Assembly (NCBI GenBank): GCA_040752125.1
Contig: JBFMFK010000003.1
Span: 19,034-83,033 of the forward strand
DNA: 64,000 nt
Direction of reading: 5' to 3'
Origin: Patescibacteria group bacterium
GTDB taxonomy: Bacteria > Patescibacteriota > Minisyncoccia > UBA9983
The notes under the pieces are model-generated. The model did no database searches and was not told where the DNA came from. It saw only the letters and a program-made list of their open reading frames with translations. The position numbers and the translations under genes were made by a program. This document shows, in pieces, positions 38,385 to 48,439 of this stretch; within the stretch, counting starts at the first letter, position 1, and every line of letters starts with the position of its first letter.

Positions 38385-39213
38385 CTTGGTTTTTTTATTT
38401 TCCTACCAGATTCAGATTAATCAAAGACAAGAAGATGAATTTATTAAAACAACAGAGAGAAAAAAGATTTTTTTCTCTGATTTGAATTTGAAAGCCAAAG
38501 CCGTTTATGTTTTTGATATTAATAAAGACGAAGAGATTTTTGAGTATAATGCTGACAGTCAGCTTCCTCTAGCCAGTCTGACAAAAATTATGACTGCATT
38601 AATAGCTTTGGAAAATATACCCGCGGATCAGTATATAGAAATTTTACAGAAGGCGATTCTAGAAGAAGGCGATAATGGTTTTTCAGTTGGTGAAAAATTT
38701 AAAGCCTTAGATTTAATTGATGCTATGCTCATTTCTTCCTCCAATGACGCTGCGGCAGCCATTGCTCTTTCTTTTAAAGACAATAAATTTCTCTCCCTGA
38801 TGAACGAAAAATCAAAGAAAATCGGGCTAAATCAGACCATTTTTTTGAATCCAACTGGTTTAGATATGTCTAAGGATATTGCCGGCGCTTATGGATCGGC
38901 AAAAGATGTCGCCCAGCTTTTAAAATATACTCTGGAAAATCATCCCAAACTTCTCAAGAGAACCTCAGACCCTGAGCTAATAATCAATTCTCATACTTTT
39001 AGGAATACTGATAGACTTGTTGAGAATATTCCCGGCATTATAGCAAGCAAGACTGGTTTTAGTGATTTGGCTGGCGGTAATCTCGTTGTTGTCGCTGATA
39101 TTAGTCTTGGACATACTCTCATTTTTGTTGTTTTAGGGTCTACAGAAGAGGGCAGATTCGAGGATATGGAGAAACTTTATAAACAGACTTTATCTTATTT
39201 TAATGCAGAATAA
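38344..39213 (+). CDS. D-alanyl-D-alanine carboxypeptidase (S11)
   Basis: ASLTK, SSN, NPTGLD, KTG. Confidence 0.9.
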   Translation: MNIRTRTAIILIFSLVFLFSYQIQINQRQEDEFIKTTERKKIFFSDLNLKAKAVYVFDINKDEEIFEYNADSQLPLASLTKIMTALIALENIPADQYIEILQKAILEEGDNGFSVGEKFKALDLIDAMLISSSNDAAAAIALSFKDNKFLSLMNEKSKKIGLNQTIFLNPTGLDMSKDIAGAYGSAKDVAQLLKYTLENHPKLLKRTSDPELIINSHTFRNTDRLVENIPGIIASKTGFSDLAGGNLVVVADISLGHTLIFVVLGSTEEGRFEDMEKLYKQTLSYFNAE

Positions 39214-39231
39214 TATGTTATCATAACAATT

Positions 39232-40284
39232 ATGGTAGTTGTATTAAAAGTTTTTGGATTATCTATCTTCGCATTCTTTCTGGCTGTTTTGTTGACTCCG
39301 GCTCTCACTAATTATCTCTACAGAAATAAAATGTGGAAGAAAAAAGTACGGACCGAAGCACTGACAGGCGGCGAAGCGAAGATTTTTTCTCAACTTCACA
39401 AAGATAAAGAAGTAGGCACGCCCAGAATGGGTGGCATTCTCATCTGGTTGACCACTTTTATCATTATTATTTTGTTCTGGCTGTTGGCATATTTTTTACC
39501 TTCATCTTTAATCCAACGGATTAATTTTTTGAGCAGAAACCAAACCTGGCTGCCTTTTTTTACGCTAATGATGGCTTCTCTGATCGGCCTAACAGATGAT
39601 ATCTTGCAGATTCGCGGTCAAGGCAAATATATGGCCGGCGGAATAAGCCTGACAAAGAGAATTGTCTTGGTTTCAATACTGGGTCTTATCGGTGGTTATT
39701 GGTTTTACTTTAAATTAGGAATGAGTTCAATCCTCATTCCTTTTGTAGGTGATGTAAATCTTGGTATCTTTTTAATACCTTTATTTATTATAGTTATGCT
39801 GGCAATGTTTTCGGGCGGAGTGATAGATGGGATTGACGGTTTGGCTGGAGGAATTTTTGCAGCAATCTTTTCGGCCTATGGAGGCATTGCCTTTTTCCAA
39901 AACCAGATTGATCTTGCAGCATTCTGCGGAGTGATTGTCGGCGGTATATTGGCTTTTTTATGGTTCAATATTCCTCCAGCAAGATTTTATATGGGAGAGA
40001 CAGGCATTTTGGGTTTAACGACAACTCTCACTGTTGTAGCATTTTTAACAAAGTCAGTGGTAGTACTTTTGATCATTGCCTTCCCTCTACTGGCGGCTTC
40101 AGGTTCAGTAATATTACAATTGCTTTCAAAAAAAATTTTCCATAAAAAATTATTTAAAGTGGCACCGATTCATCACCATTTTGAAGCATTGAGCTGGCCT
40201 TCCTACAAAGTAACGATGCGTTTCTGGGTAATCAGCGTTGTTTTAGCTGTCATAGGTATGGTCTTTGCATTAATAGGAAAATAA
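39232..40284 (+). CDS. mraY: Phospho-MurNAc-pentapeptide transferase
   Basis: GTPRMGG, DD, DGIDGL, APIHHHFE. Confidence 0.93.
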   Translation: MVVVLKVFGLSIFAFFLAVLLTPALTNYLYRNKMWKKKVRTEALTGGEAKIFSQLHKDKEVGTPRMGGILIWLTTFIIIILFWLLAYFLPSSLIQRINFLSRNQTWLPFFTLMMASLIGLTDDILQIRGQGKYMAGGISLTKRIVLVSILGLIGGYWFYFKLGMSSILIPFVGDVNLGIFLIPLFIIVMLAMFSGGVIDGIDGLAGGIFAAIFSAYGGIAFFQNQIDLAAFCGVIVGGILAFLWFNIPPARFYMGETGILGLTTTLTVVAFLTKSVVVLLIIAFPLLAASGSVILQLLSKKIFHKKLFKVAPIHHHFEALSWPSYKVTMRFWVISVVLAVIGMVFALIGK

Positions 40285-40315
40285 AAATAAAAAAATATTG
40301 TATAATATAAAATCA

Positions 40316-41845
40316 ATGGCAAAATATAATATAATAATTAAAAATGGAACTGTCTTTGACGGCAAGAGCAATAGTCCTCAGAAAATTGACATCGGAATTA
40401 CAAAAGATGAAATTAAAAAAATAGGGAACTTAGAGAAAGAAACCGCGGAGAAAATTATTGATGCGCAAGGCAGATATGTTTCTCCAGGCTTTATTGACCT
40501 TACTAACCATTCAGACATTCGATGGACAATTTTTACTAATCCTGTACTGGAAAGTCTGCTCAGACAGGGCATAACCACAATTTTGGGGGGAAATTGCGGA
40601 CTTTCCATTGCACCCCTGGTAAGGGGAATAGGAATCTCTGGAGTCAATGTTAATTGGCAGAGCGTAAGCGAGATGCTTGCTGAACTAGATAACCGCCAAC
40701 TCTCTCTTAATTTTGGAACACTGGTTGGCTTTAAAACTCTAGAAGAAAATTCAACAGATTTTAATCAGATGAAGATGCTACTGGAAAGTTCCCTTAAAGA
40801 GGGTGCTTTTGGTTTATCCACTAGTCTGGGCCTTGGACCTACACGTCTTTCAGAAGATGAAATTGAAGAATTATTAAAATCATTAAAAAAATTTGGAGGA
40901 TTTACAAAACATCATCTTGAAGATGAAGGCAAGGAGATCCTGCCAGCACTCTCTAATATCATAGGATTTGCCAGAAAAACAGAAACGCAAACTCATATTT
41001 CTCATTTTAAAATTTTAGGCAAAGGTGCTTGGCCATTATTTGATAGCACCTTAGAAATGATGCGAAACGCCCGTGCAGAGGGTATAAGACTCACTTTTGA
41101 TTTTTTCCCATATCAAAGAACTGGCTCAAATCTTTTTATGCTTCTACCGTCATGGCTAAGGAAGATGGGCAGGGATCAAATAATAGACGTTTTAAAATCA
41201 AAAGAAAGCAAATTAAGGGAAGAAACAATAAAATCTCTGGAAAATCTGACACTCCATTATGATAAAATCACTGTGACCTCATCATTAAAAGAAATTGCCA
41301 ATACAGGTAAAACGATTCTTGAAATAAGCAGAATAACCGATCTTTCACCAGAAGAAACAATTTTAGATCTTTTGGCGTCAAATAATCTTTTTGTTTCTAT
41401 TTTTAGTGAAGTGATTAATAAATTCCATATATTAAAATTAAGCCAAGAAGATTACGGCGCCATCGCTACTGACGGCATAGGATATGACGCATCTATTTTT
41501 ACAACAGCAACGGATTTGCCACATCCAAGATCTTTTGGCACCTTTCCCAAGGCATTCAGGATTTTTGTCAAAGAGGAGAATCTTCTTGATTGGCAGAAAA
41601 CCATTTATAAATCAACAGGTCTTCCTGCAGCCATCTTAGGATTAAAAGATCGTGGTACTATTGAAAAAGGAAAAAAATCTGATATTATCGTATTTAATCC
41701 TAATGAACTGAGTGAGCATTCAACATACGAAAATCCTTTTCAGTTTTCCGGAGGCATTGAATATGTCATCGTTAACGGCATTATAGAATTAGATAAAAAT
41801 CAATTGACCGGCAAATCAGCCGGCAGAGTATTGAAGAAAACATGA
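40316..41845 (+). CDS. N-acyl-D-amino-acid deacylase-like amidohydrolase
   Basis: PGFID..NHSD, GITT..GGNCG, HPRSFGTF, DRGTI; ATG 40316 preferred. Confidence 0.85.
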   Translation: MAKYNIIIKNGTVFDGKSNSPQKIDIGITKDEIKKIGNLEKETAEKIIDAQGRYVSPGFIDLTNHSDIRWTIFTNPVLESLLRQGITTILGGNCGLSIAPLVRGIGISGVNVNWQSVSEMLAELDNRQLSLNFGTLVGFKTLEENSTDFNQMKMLLESSLKEGAFGLSTSLGLGPTRLSEDEIEELLKSLKKFGGFTKHHLEDEGKEILPALSNIIGFARKTETQTHISHFKILGKGAWPLFDSTLEMMRNARAEGIRLTFDFFPYQRTGSNLFMLLPSWLRKMGRDQIIDVLKSKESKLREETIKSLENLTLHYDKITVTSSLKEIANTGKTILEISRITDLSPEETILDLLASNNLFVSIFSEVINKFHILKLSQEDYGAIATDGIGYDASIFTTATDLPHPRSFGTFPKAFRIFVKEENLLDWQKTIYKSTGLPAAILGLKDRGTIEKGKKSDIIVFNPNELSEHSTYENPFQFSGGIEYVIVNGIIELDKNQLTGKSAGRVLKKT

Positions 41846-42210
41846 GTCATATAGCCAGTCCTATTGGCAATGAAATTACCTGCGTAATGTATGACATCGA
41901 TGATGCTGTCTTAAATGATGTAGAAAAATTGGAACAAGCCTTACTAGAGGCGGCGAGTAAGGAAAATTTAACAGTCCTAAAACAGATGTCTCATAAGTTT
42001 GAGCCGTACGGCTTTACGGCAATGCTGATGATACAAGAATCGCACATAGCTATCCACACCTATCCAGAATATCATTGTTTAGTTTTTAATCTTTACAGTT
42101 GCCGTGGTCCTAATGATGGGAAGATCACAATGGAATCTTTTAAAAATGCAGTAAAACCAAAAGAAATTGATCTGAAGGAAAGAAAGATAAAAATAGATTC
42201 AAAAGAATAA
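41842..42210 (+). CDS. speD: S-adenosylmethionine decarboxylase proenzyme family
   Basis: HKFEPYG, ESHIAIHTYPE self-cleavage motif, YSC. Confidence 0.85.
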   Translation: MSHIASPIGNEITCVMYDIDDAVLNDVEKLEQALLEAASKENLTVLKQMSHKFEPYGFTAMLMIQESHIAIHTYPEYHCLVFNLYSCRGPNDGKITMESFKNAVKPKEIDLKERKIKIDSKE

Positions 42211-42215
42211 ACTAA

Positions 42216-43520
42216 ATGATAAAGAAAATAATCAAAAAGATAATCATCTTCCTGCTTCAGTTTGAAGCTAGGCTCATTCTCAAAAAATACAAACCAAAAA
42301 TAATTGCCATCAGTGGAACGGTAGGCAAAACCTCTGCCAAAGACGCAATCTATCGCGTTCTTTCTTCTAAATTAAAAGTGAGGAAGAGTGAAAAAAGCTA
42401 TAATAACGAAATAGGCGTACCGCTTACTATCATAGGATCAAAAAGCGGATGGAATAATGTTTTTGCCTGGATTTTTAATTTAATTAAAGGCTTGAAAGTT
42501 ATTTTTTCAAAAAATCATTATCCCTCTTGGTTGATCTTGGAGACCGGTGTTGACAGACCCGGGGATATGGGGAAGATGCTGAAATTAATCAGGCCGGACA
42601 TTGGAGTTATCACTGCCCTTGGTGAAATTCCAGTTCATATAGAATATTTTAAAGAAATAGAAGATCTTATCAGAGAAAAAGCTAAAATCTTACAGGCACT
42701 CAAGAAAGATAATTTTGCGATACTGAATTGTGATGATAAAGGTATTTTAGAATTAAAATCAAAAATTGACGCCAGTATAATTACTTATGGGTTCTCGGAA
42801 GAGGCGGATTTCAAGGCGTCAAATTATCGGATAATTTTCAGAAAAGAAGGTGATAGAGAAATCCCGGAAGGCATTTCCTTTAAAGTTGATTATCAGGGCA
42901 ATATCATCCCGGTTCGCCTCTATGGTTCTTTTGGTAGACAAATCGTCTATGCTGCCTTAGCTTCTATGGCAGTTGGAAGTATTTTAAATTTTAATCTGGT
43001 GGAAATGGCAGAGCTGTTATCAAATTATGAATCTCCTCCAGGGAGACTAAGGCTCCTTGAGGGCATAAAACATAGTTCTATTTTGGACGACACCTATAAC
43101 TCTTCACCCATAGCAGTAAGAACTGCCTTAGAATTATTAAAGGAAATCCCTGCAAAAAGGAAGATTTCTGTCTTGGGAGATATGTTGGAGCTTGGGAAAT
43201 ATACCATTGAGGAGCACAGAAGAATGGGAAGGATGGCAAAAGAATCGGCAGATATTCTTTTCTTCATCGGACCACGTTCAAAGTTTGCAGCTGAAGAGGC
43301 TGAGATAGAAGGAGTTAAAAAAGAAAATATTTTTGAATTTTCCACTTCTGAAGAAGTAAAGATGACCGTTCAAGAGAAGATAAAAGAAGGTGACCTGATT
43401 CTTATCAAGGGATCGCAAAGCATGAGGATGGAAAAAATTACAGAAGAAATAATGCTCCATCCAGAGAAAAAAGAAGAACTTCTTGTCAGACAGGAGAAAG
43501 AATGGTTGAATAGATCATAA
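42216..43520 (+). CDS. murF: MurF-like Mur ligase
   Basis: GTVGKTSAK, NNEIGVP, DDTYNSSP, LGDMLELG, KGSQ. Confidence 0.9.
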   Translation: MIKKIIKKIIIFLLQFEARLILKKYKPKIIAISGTVGKTSAKDAIYRVLSSKLKVRKSEKSYNNEIGVPLTIIGSKSGWNNVFAWIFNLIKGLKVIFSKNHYPSWLILETGVDRPGDMGKMLKLIRPDIGVITALGEIPVHIEYFKEIEDLIREKAKILQALKKDNFAILNCDDKGILELKSKIDASIITYGFSEEADFKASNYRIIFRKEGDREIPEGISFKVDYQGNIIPVRLYGSFGRQIVYAALASMAVGSILNFNLVEMAELLSNYESPPGRLRLLEGIKHSSILDDTYNSSPIAVRTALELLKEIPAKRKISVLGDMLELGKYTIEEHRRMGRMAKESADILFFIGPRSKFAAEEAEIEGVKKENIFEFSTSEEVKMTVQEKIKEGDLILIKGSQSMRMEKITEEIMLHPEKKEELLVRQEKEWLNRS

Positions 43521-43550
43521 GGCTTGCCCTGCGAAGCTTCAGCGAAGTGG

Positions 43551-43622
43551 GACCTCTTCGTCTAGTGGTTAGGACACATGGTTCTCAGCCATGCAACACG
43601 GGTTCGACTCCCGTAGAGGTCA
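43551..43622 (+). tRNA. tRNA-Glu(CUC), CCA not encoded
   Basis: Acceptor GACCTCT/AGAGGTC; anticodon arm CATGG-ttCTCag-CCATG; GGTTCGACTC T arm. Confidence 0.93.
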
Positions 43623-43639
43623 ATGCTATAATAAGACCA

Positions 43640-46306
43640 ATGTTAAGACAGGCAATTGCTTGGCATAGTTTGGATTTAAAAGAAATAAAAAAACAATTGG
43701 CGACTGATTTTAGCAATGGTTTAAGTGAAAAAGAAGCGCAAAAGCGGCAGAAACATTACGGCAAAAATCTTTTTGAGAAAAAAAAGAAATTTTATTATCT
43801 TAAACTTTTATGGAAGCAAATAAAAAGCCCCCTTATTTTTATCTTAATCATCGCCGGCCTTATCACTCTCATTTTAAAAGAATATGCTAACACTACTGTT
43901 ATTTTCATCGCTGTTTTTATAAATACTTTAATGGGCATCTTTCAGGAAGGTCGGAGTTCGCGGGCTTTTGAAAAATTGCAAGCATCACAGAAAAAATACG
44001 CCACCCTTGTCAGGGAGGGTAGAAAAAAAATAATAGAATCTTCCGAACTTGTTCCCGGCGATATTATTGAAATCCAAATGGGGAATCAGGTGCCAGCGGA
44101 TGCCCGCATCATAGAATCAAAGAGGTTGGAAGCCAATGAAGCAGTTTTAACAGGGGAATGGCTGCCAGTCAAAAAAGACAATCAAAAATCTCTGCCTGAG
44201 AAAACACATATCACTGACAGGAGCAATATGTTGTGGATGGGGAGTTTGGTGACAGAGGGGTGGGGAAGAGGCGTTGTTGCAGATACGGGTTTCAACAGCC
44301 AAGTCGGCCGCATCGCTGAATTTATAAGCGGAGAAGATACGGTTGTTACGCCGCTTCAAAAAAATACAAAAAAATTGGCTAAGTTTCTGAGTTTTATCGT
44401 TGTTTTGTCGCTGTTGGTTTTGATCATCCTGGGTTTGTGGCGGGGCCAGAACTTTTTTGGCATATTTTTAACTGCTGTAGCTCTGGCAGTGTCAGCTATT
44501 CCCGAGGGCCTGCCAGTGGCAGTGACAGTGGTTTTAGCAATAGGAATGCAGAAAATTTTTTCCAAAAACGGCCTGCTGAAAAATTTAGATTCAGCAGAAA
44601 CCCTTGGTTCCACTTCTCTCATTCTCACTGACAAAACCGGCACCCTTACAAAGGCAGAGATGAATGTGGAAAAAATCATTACTTTGCTTTCCGAAGAAAA
44701 CAAATTAAAGCCAAAAGAACACAAAGACAGATTGGCTGTTTTAGAGATGGCTTTGCTAGCCACTGAAGCATTTATAGAAAATCCTCAAGATAATCTCGGA
44801 GAATGGATTATTAGAGGAAATCCAATGGGGAGGGCAATTTTTCTGGCTTCCTTGGAATCAGATATCCAGCCTTTGGTCTTGCAAAAAGAGCATAAGCGCA
44901 TTGATTTTATACCTTTTGACGCGGGCAGAAGATATGCCGCTTCCTTATATAAAAAAAATAATCAGGAATCTTATATTTTTGTCATTGGCGCGCCAGAAGT
45001 TATTCTTCAGTTTTGCAACAAAATTTACAAAAAAGAAAAGGAAATTGCTCTTAGCGAACCAATACTCAAATTATTAAACAAGGCCTCTTTGGAAGAAACC
45101 TCAAAAGGCGCGAGAATTTTAGCTGTGGCTTACAGAAAGGCAGATTGGGATTCTTTTCCCAGAGAGCAAGAGAAGAAACATAAGGAAATTTTTTCAAAGA
45201 TGACCTTGGGAGGATTTATTGCCTTTCATGACCCCTTAAGAGAGAATGCCAAGCAGTATTTGCAAGAGTCAAAGGAAGCATCTATAAGAACTGTGCTGGT
45301 AACCGGCGACCATGTGGAAACCGCTAAAAAAATCGGAGAGGAAGTCGGAATTTTACGCAAAAACGGACTTGTTTTAACAGGAGATGAGTTAGAAAAAATG
45401 AGCGACAAAGAACTCGAGGAGATAATCGGAAAAGTAGATATTTTTGCTCGAGTCCTGCCCCAGCAAAAAATGAGAATTTCAAATTTCTGGCAGCAAAGAG
45501 GGGAAATAGTGGCTATGACCGGCGACGGAGTTAATGACGCGCCTGCCTTAAAGCACGCTGATATCGGAATTGCTCTTGGTTCAGGCACCGAGGTGGCAAA
45601 AGAAGCGTCAGATTTAATTCTTTTAAATGATAGTTTTAATACTATTGTGGAGGCAGTTAAGGAAGGAAGAAGAATCATGGATAATTTAAGAAAAATTATT
45701 ACCTATCTTTTGTCAACGTCTTTCAGTGAAATCGTCTTAGTGGCGAGCTCCATTCTGGTTGGCGCGCCATTGCCAATTCTGCCTGCGCAAATTCTCTGGG
45801 TCAATATCATAGAGGAAGGTTTTATGAATTTTGCCTTTGCTTTTGAGCAGGCTGAAGAGAATATTTTAAAAAGAGACCCCAAAAAAGAATGCAGCAGGGC
45901 AATTTTGACAACACGAATAAAAAAAATGATTTTGATAATAGTGGCAATAACCAGTCTTTTGCTTATCTCTGTATTTTTTTTCTTAGATTATAAAAATTAT
46001 CCCCTGGAAAAAGTAAGAACGGTTATGTTTGGGGCTATGGCCATAGATGCAATATTTTTCAGTTTTTCCCTCAAGAATCTGCGAAAGCCGGTTTGGAAAA
46101 TCAATATCTTTTCCAACATTTATCTTCTTTTCTCGCTATCAGTCAGTATTTTTCTTTTGCTGAGTGTTTTATTTATTCCTTTTCTGCAAAAATTGCTTTC
46201 TGTTGTTTCGCTTAGTTTTTTAGAATTAATGATTATTTTTATTATCGGCTTTTTGAATCTTTTGACCATAGAAACAGTAAAATATTTCGTCTTTAGAAAA
46301 CAATAA
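43640..46306 (+). CDS. P-type cation (Ca2+-like) ATPase
   Basis: LTGE, IPEGL, DKTGTLT, TGDGVNDAPAL; true start ATG 43640, downstream of the tRNA. Confidence 0.93.
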   Translation: MLRQAIAWHSLDLKEIKKQLATDFSNGLSEKEAQKRQKHYGKNLFEKKKKFYYLKLLWKQIKSPLIFILIIAGLITLILKEYANTTVIFIAVFINTLMGIFQEGRSSRAFEKLQASQKKYATLVREGRKKIIESSELVPGDIIEIQMGNQVPADARIIESKRLEANEAVLTGEWLPVKKDNQKSLPEKTHITDRSNMLWMGSLVTEGWGRGVVADTGFNSQVGRIAEFISGEDTVVTPLQKNTKKLAKFLSFIVVLSLLVLIILGLWRGQNFFGIFLTAVALAVSAIPEGLPVAVTVVLAIGMQKIFSKNGLLKNLDSAETLGSTSLILTDKTGTLTKAEMNVEKIITLLSEENKLKPKEHKDRLAVLEMALLATEAFIENPQDNLGEWIIRGNPMGRAIFLASLESDIQPLVLQKEHKRIDFIPFDAGRRYAASLYKKNNQESYIFVIGAPEVILQFCNKIYKKEKEIALSEPILKLLNKASLEETSKGARILAVAYRKADWDSFPREQEKKHKEIFSKMTLGGFIAFHDPLRENAKQYLQESKEASIRTVLVTGDHVETAKKIGEEVGILRKNGLVLTGDELEKMSDKELEEIIGKVDIFARVLPQQKMRISNFWQQRGEIVAMTGDGVNDAPALKHADIGIALGSGTEVAKEASDLILLNDSFNTIVEAVKEGRRIMDNLRKIITYLLSTSFSEIVLVASSILVGAPLPILPAQILWVNIIEEGFMNFAFAFEQAEENILKRDPKKECSRAILTTRIKKMILIIVAITSLLLISVFFFLDYKNYPLEKVRTVMFGAMAIDAIFFSFSLKNLRKPVWKINIFSNIYLLFSLSVSIFLLLSVLFIPFLQKLLSVVSLSFLELMIIFIIGFLNLLTIETVKYFVFRKQ

Positions 46307-46318
46307 TTTTGAAGCATT

Positions 46319-47275
46319 ATGTTTTTATACATCCTGATATTTGTCATAAGTTTTATTTTTCTAATAAAGGCCGGTGCCACACTTGTCAGGTCGCTTACCA
46401 AATTAGCCCGATTTTTTCAGGTTTCCGAATATGTTATTGCGTTTTTTTTGATGAGTTTTGCCACGTCCATACCAGAACTTTTTGTCGGCTTGTCCTCGGC
46501 ACTGGAAGACATTCCTCGGCTTTCGTTAGGGAATATTATAGGTGCCAATTTTATCAACGTCACTCTTATTATGGGTGTAATCGTGTTATTAAACAGAGGT
46601 ATAAAAATTGAAAGTAAAATCTCTCAGGAAAATTTTTGGCTGATTTTTTTCTTGGTTCTTTTTCCTATATTTTTGTCATTAGATGGAATGATTTCCCGAA
46701 GCGATGGTGTTATTTTACTTCTAGCTTTTATTCTTTACTTAGCCAGTTTAATCAAAGAGAAGGAATATTTCACTAAAACTATTAAATCGATTGAGTTTAA
46801 TCACGAAATCAGCGTCGGAGTCTTTAAATGGCTAGGAAGATTTTTATTAGGTATTATAATTCTTCTTTTAAGTTCCTTTGCACTTGTTTGGGCCGGCAAA
46901 CAGCTAATATTTGGGTTGGGTATAAGCGCTTTATTTTTTGGAATAATTTTTGTGGCTTTGGCTACCACCGTGCCAGAACTTGTTTTTGGAATCAGGGCAT
47001 CACTGCTTAAACATACGCAAATGAGCATCGGCAATACAATGGGAAGTGTGGCATTTAATTCGGCTTTCATTATTGCCTTGGTAAGCATCGTAAATCCTAT
47101 CCAGATTGATAATAATATAAACTTTTTCTTTGCAATAATTTTCTTGATTGCTGCCATGCTTTTATTAAATATTTTTGTTTACACCCGCTCCAACATTTCC
47201 TCTCGTGAAGGCATAATTTTAATAGGGCTTTATATCTTTTTCCTCGTCATCCAATATCTTTTTTATACAATTTAG
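46319..47275 (+). CDS. Na+/Ca2+ antiporter (CaCA family)
   Basis: Alpha-repeats ATSIPEL...GNIIGAN and ATTVPEL...GNTMGS. Confidence 0.9.
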   Translation: MFLYILIFVISFIFLIKAGATLVRSLTKLARFFQVSEYVIAFFLMSFATSIPELFVGLSSALEDIPRLSLGNIIGANFINVTLIMGVIVLLNRGIKIESKISQENFWLIFFLVLFPIFLSLDGMISRSDGVILLLAFILYLASLIKEKEYFTKTIKSIEFNHEISVGVFKWLGRFLLGIIILLLSSFALVWAGKQLIFGLGISALFFGIIFVALATTVPELVFGIRASLLKHTQMSIGNTMGSVAFNSAFIIALVSIVNPIQIDNNINFFFAIIFLIAAMLLLNIFVYTRSNISSREGIILIGLYIFFLVIQYLFYTI

Positions 47276-47315
47276 AATTTTATAAGATTATTCATTATAT
47301 TTATAAAATTAAGAT

Positions 47316-47351
47316 TATTAAGTATTTCTACGATCGTAACTATACTTAATA
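47316..47351. repeat. Hairpin site upstream of PaaX-like gene A
   Basis: TATTAAGTAT-TTC-TACGATCGTA-ACT-ATACTTAATA, perfect 10-bp arms. Confidence 0.9.
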
Positions 47352-47375
47352 GTTGTATTTTTGTATAATTGAGCT

Positions 47376-47927
47376 ATGGCAAGATATAGTCCCTATAGAA
47401 AAAAGATTCTTTTAATGCTTTTGGCTGGTGTGGCTTTAGGATTGACTTATTCTCCGAGAGGTCAAAAAAAGATTCTGAAAGCATTTATAAAAGATTGGAA
47501 AAATATAGAACGCGACAGATTATATTATCTACTGAATGAGTTTAAATATGAACGGCTGATAGATTATCAAGAATCAAGTAATGGAACAATCAAGGTTATA
47601 TTAACTGAAAATGGTAAGAAAAAAGCGCTTCAGTATGACTTTGATGAAATAAAAATTAAAAAACCAAGTCAATGGGATGGTAAATGGAGATTGGTTATAT
47701 TTGACATTCCGGAGCGAATTAGAAAAGGGAGGGATGCTTTAAGAGATAAATTAAAAGACCTTGATTTTTATGAATTGCAAAAAAGTGTCTGGGTTCATCC
47801 GTATCCTTGCGAAGATGAGATTAATTTTATAACCGAAGTTTTTGACTTAAGATCTTATATTAGATTTGCTGAAATAATAAAAATTACAAATGAAGCAAAA
47901 TTAAAATTGCATTTTAAATTATATTAA
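47376..47927 (+). CDS. PaaX-like protein A (wHTH + Cas2-like domain)
   Basis: LTENGKKK, WDGKWRLVIFDIPE, RDKLKDLDFYELQKSVWVHPYPC. Confidence 0.85.
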   Translation: MARYSPYRKKILLMLLAGVALGLTYSPRGQKKILKAFIKDWKNIERDRLYYLLNEFKYERLIDYQESSNGTIKVILTENGKKKALQYDFDEIKIKKPSQWDGKWRLVIFDIPERIRKGRDALRDKLKDLDFYELQKSVWVHPYPCEDEINFITEVFDLRSYIRFAEIIKITNEAKLKLHFKLY

Positions 47928-47946
47928 ATTGTGCATCGCGCATAAG

Positions 47947-47982
47947 TATTAAGTATTCTTACGATCGTAGCGATATTTCATA
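47947..47982. repeat. Hairpin site downstream of PaaX-like gene A
   Basis: TATTAAGTAT-TCT-TACGATCGTA-GCG-ATATTTCATA, 30/36 identical to the upstream site. Confidence 0.9.
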
Positions 47983-48039
47983 GTTTAGCTGGCTAGCTGG
48001 TTAGTTGATTAAATTAGATTTAAATGGAAAATGGAAAAC

Positions 48040-48075
48040 AAAAAAGCCGAAAAGGATTAAATCCCGATCGGCTTT
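48040..48075 (-). terminator. Intrinsic terminator of 48095-48394
   Basis: AAAGCCGA/TCGGCTTT stem with T tract on the minus strand. Confidence 0.65.
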
Positions 48076-48094
48076 AAAGATTTAAGAGCAAGAT

Positions 48095-48394
48095 TTAATG
48101 AAACTGAAGAATCAATGATTCGTTATCTTGACATATAACTTCAATACGTAAGCCAAAAATGTCACTAATCATAAGAGCAATACTACGTGCAGTATGTGGA
48201 TCTCCATAGAAAAACCACTTATCATCTCCATCGTCACAGATTAAAGGTGTATAATCTCTTTTGAAACCTATTGTCATACATCTTTTTGTTAAAAAAGAAC
48301 ATACCATTATATCACCAGATTGAATTGTAGTTTCTGGACCTTGAGATCCTATTCTTAGTTTTCTTATTTTTTTAGAAACAATCCTTTCTTCCAT
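48095..48394 (-). CDS. Hypothetical protein (ORFan-like)
   Basis: Strong SD AAGGAGG and its own terminator. Confidence 0.6.
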   Translation of the reverse strand: MEERIVSKKIRKLRIGSQGPETTIQSGDIMVCSFLTKRCMTIGFKRDYTPLICDDGDDKWFFYGDPHTARSIALMISDIFGLRIEVICQDNESLILQFH

Positions 48395-48439
48395 GCCAAT
48401 CCTCCTTCTTATTCAAAAAATATGCTAAAATAATACTTA

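Noticed and set aside
43547-43639. 31-aa N-terminal extension of the P-type ATPase in the ORF track
   Set aside because: It overlaps a complete tRNA-Glu; ATG 43640 follows a TATAAT box and is the likely start.
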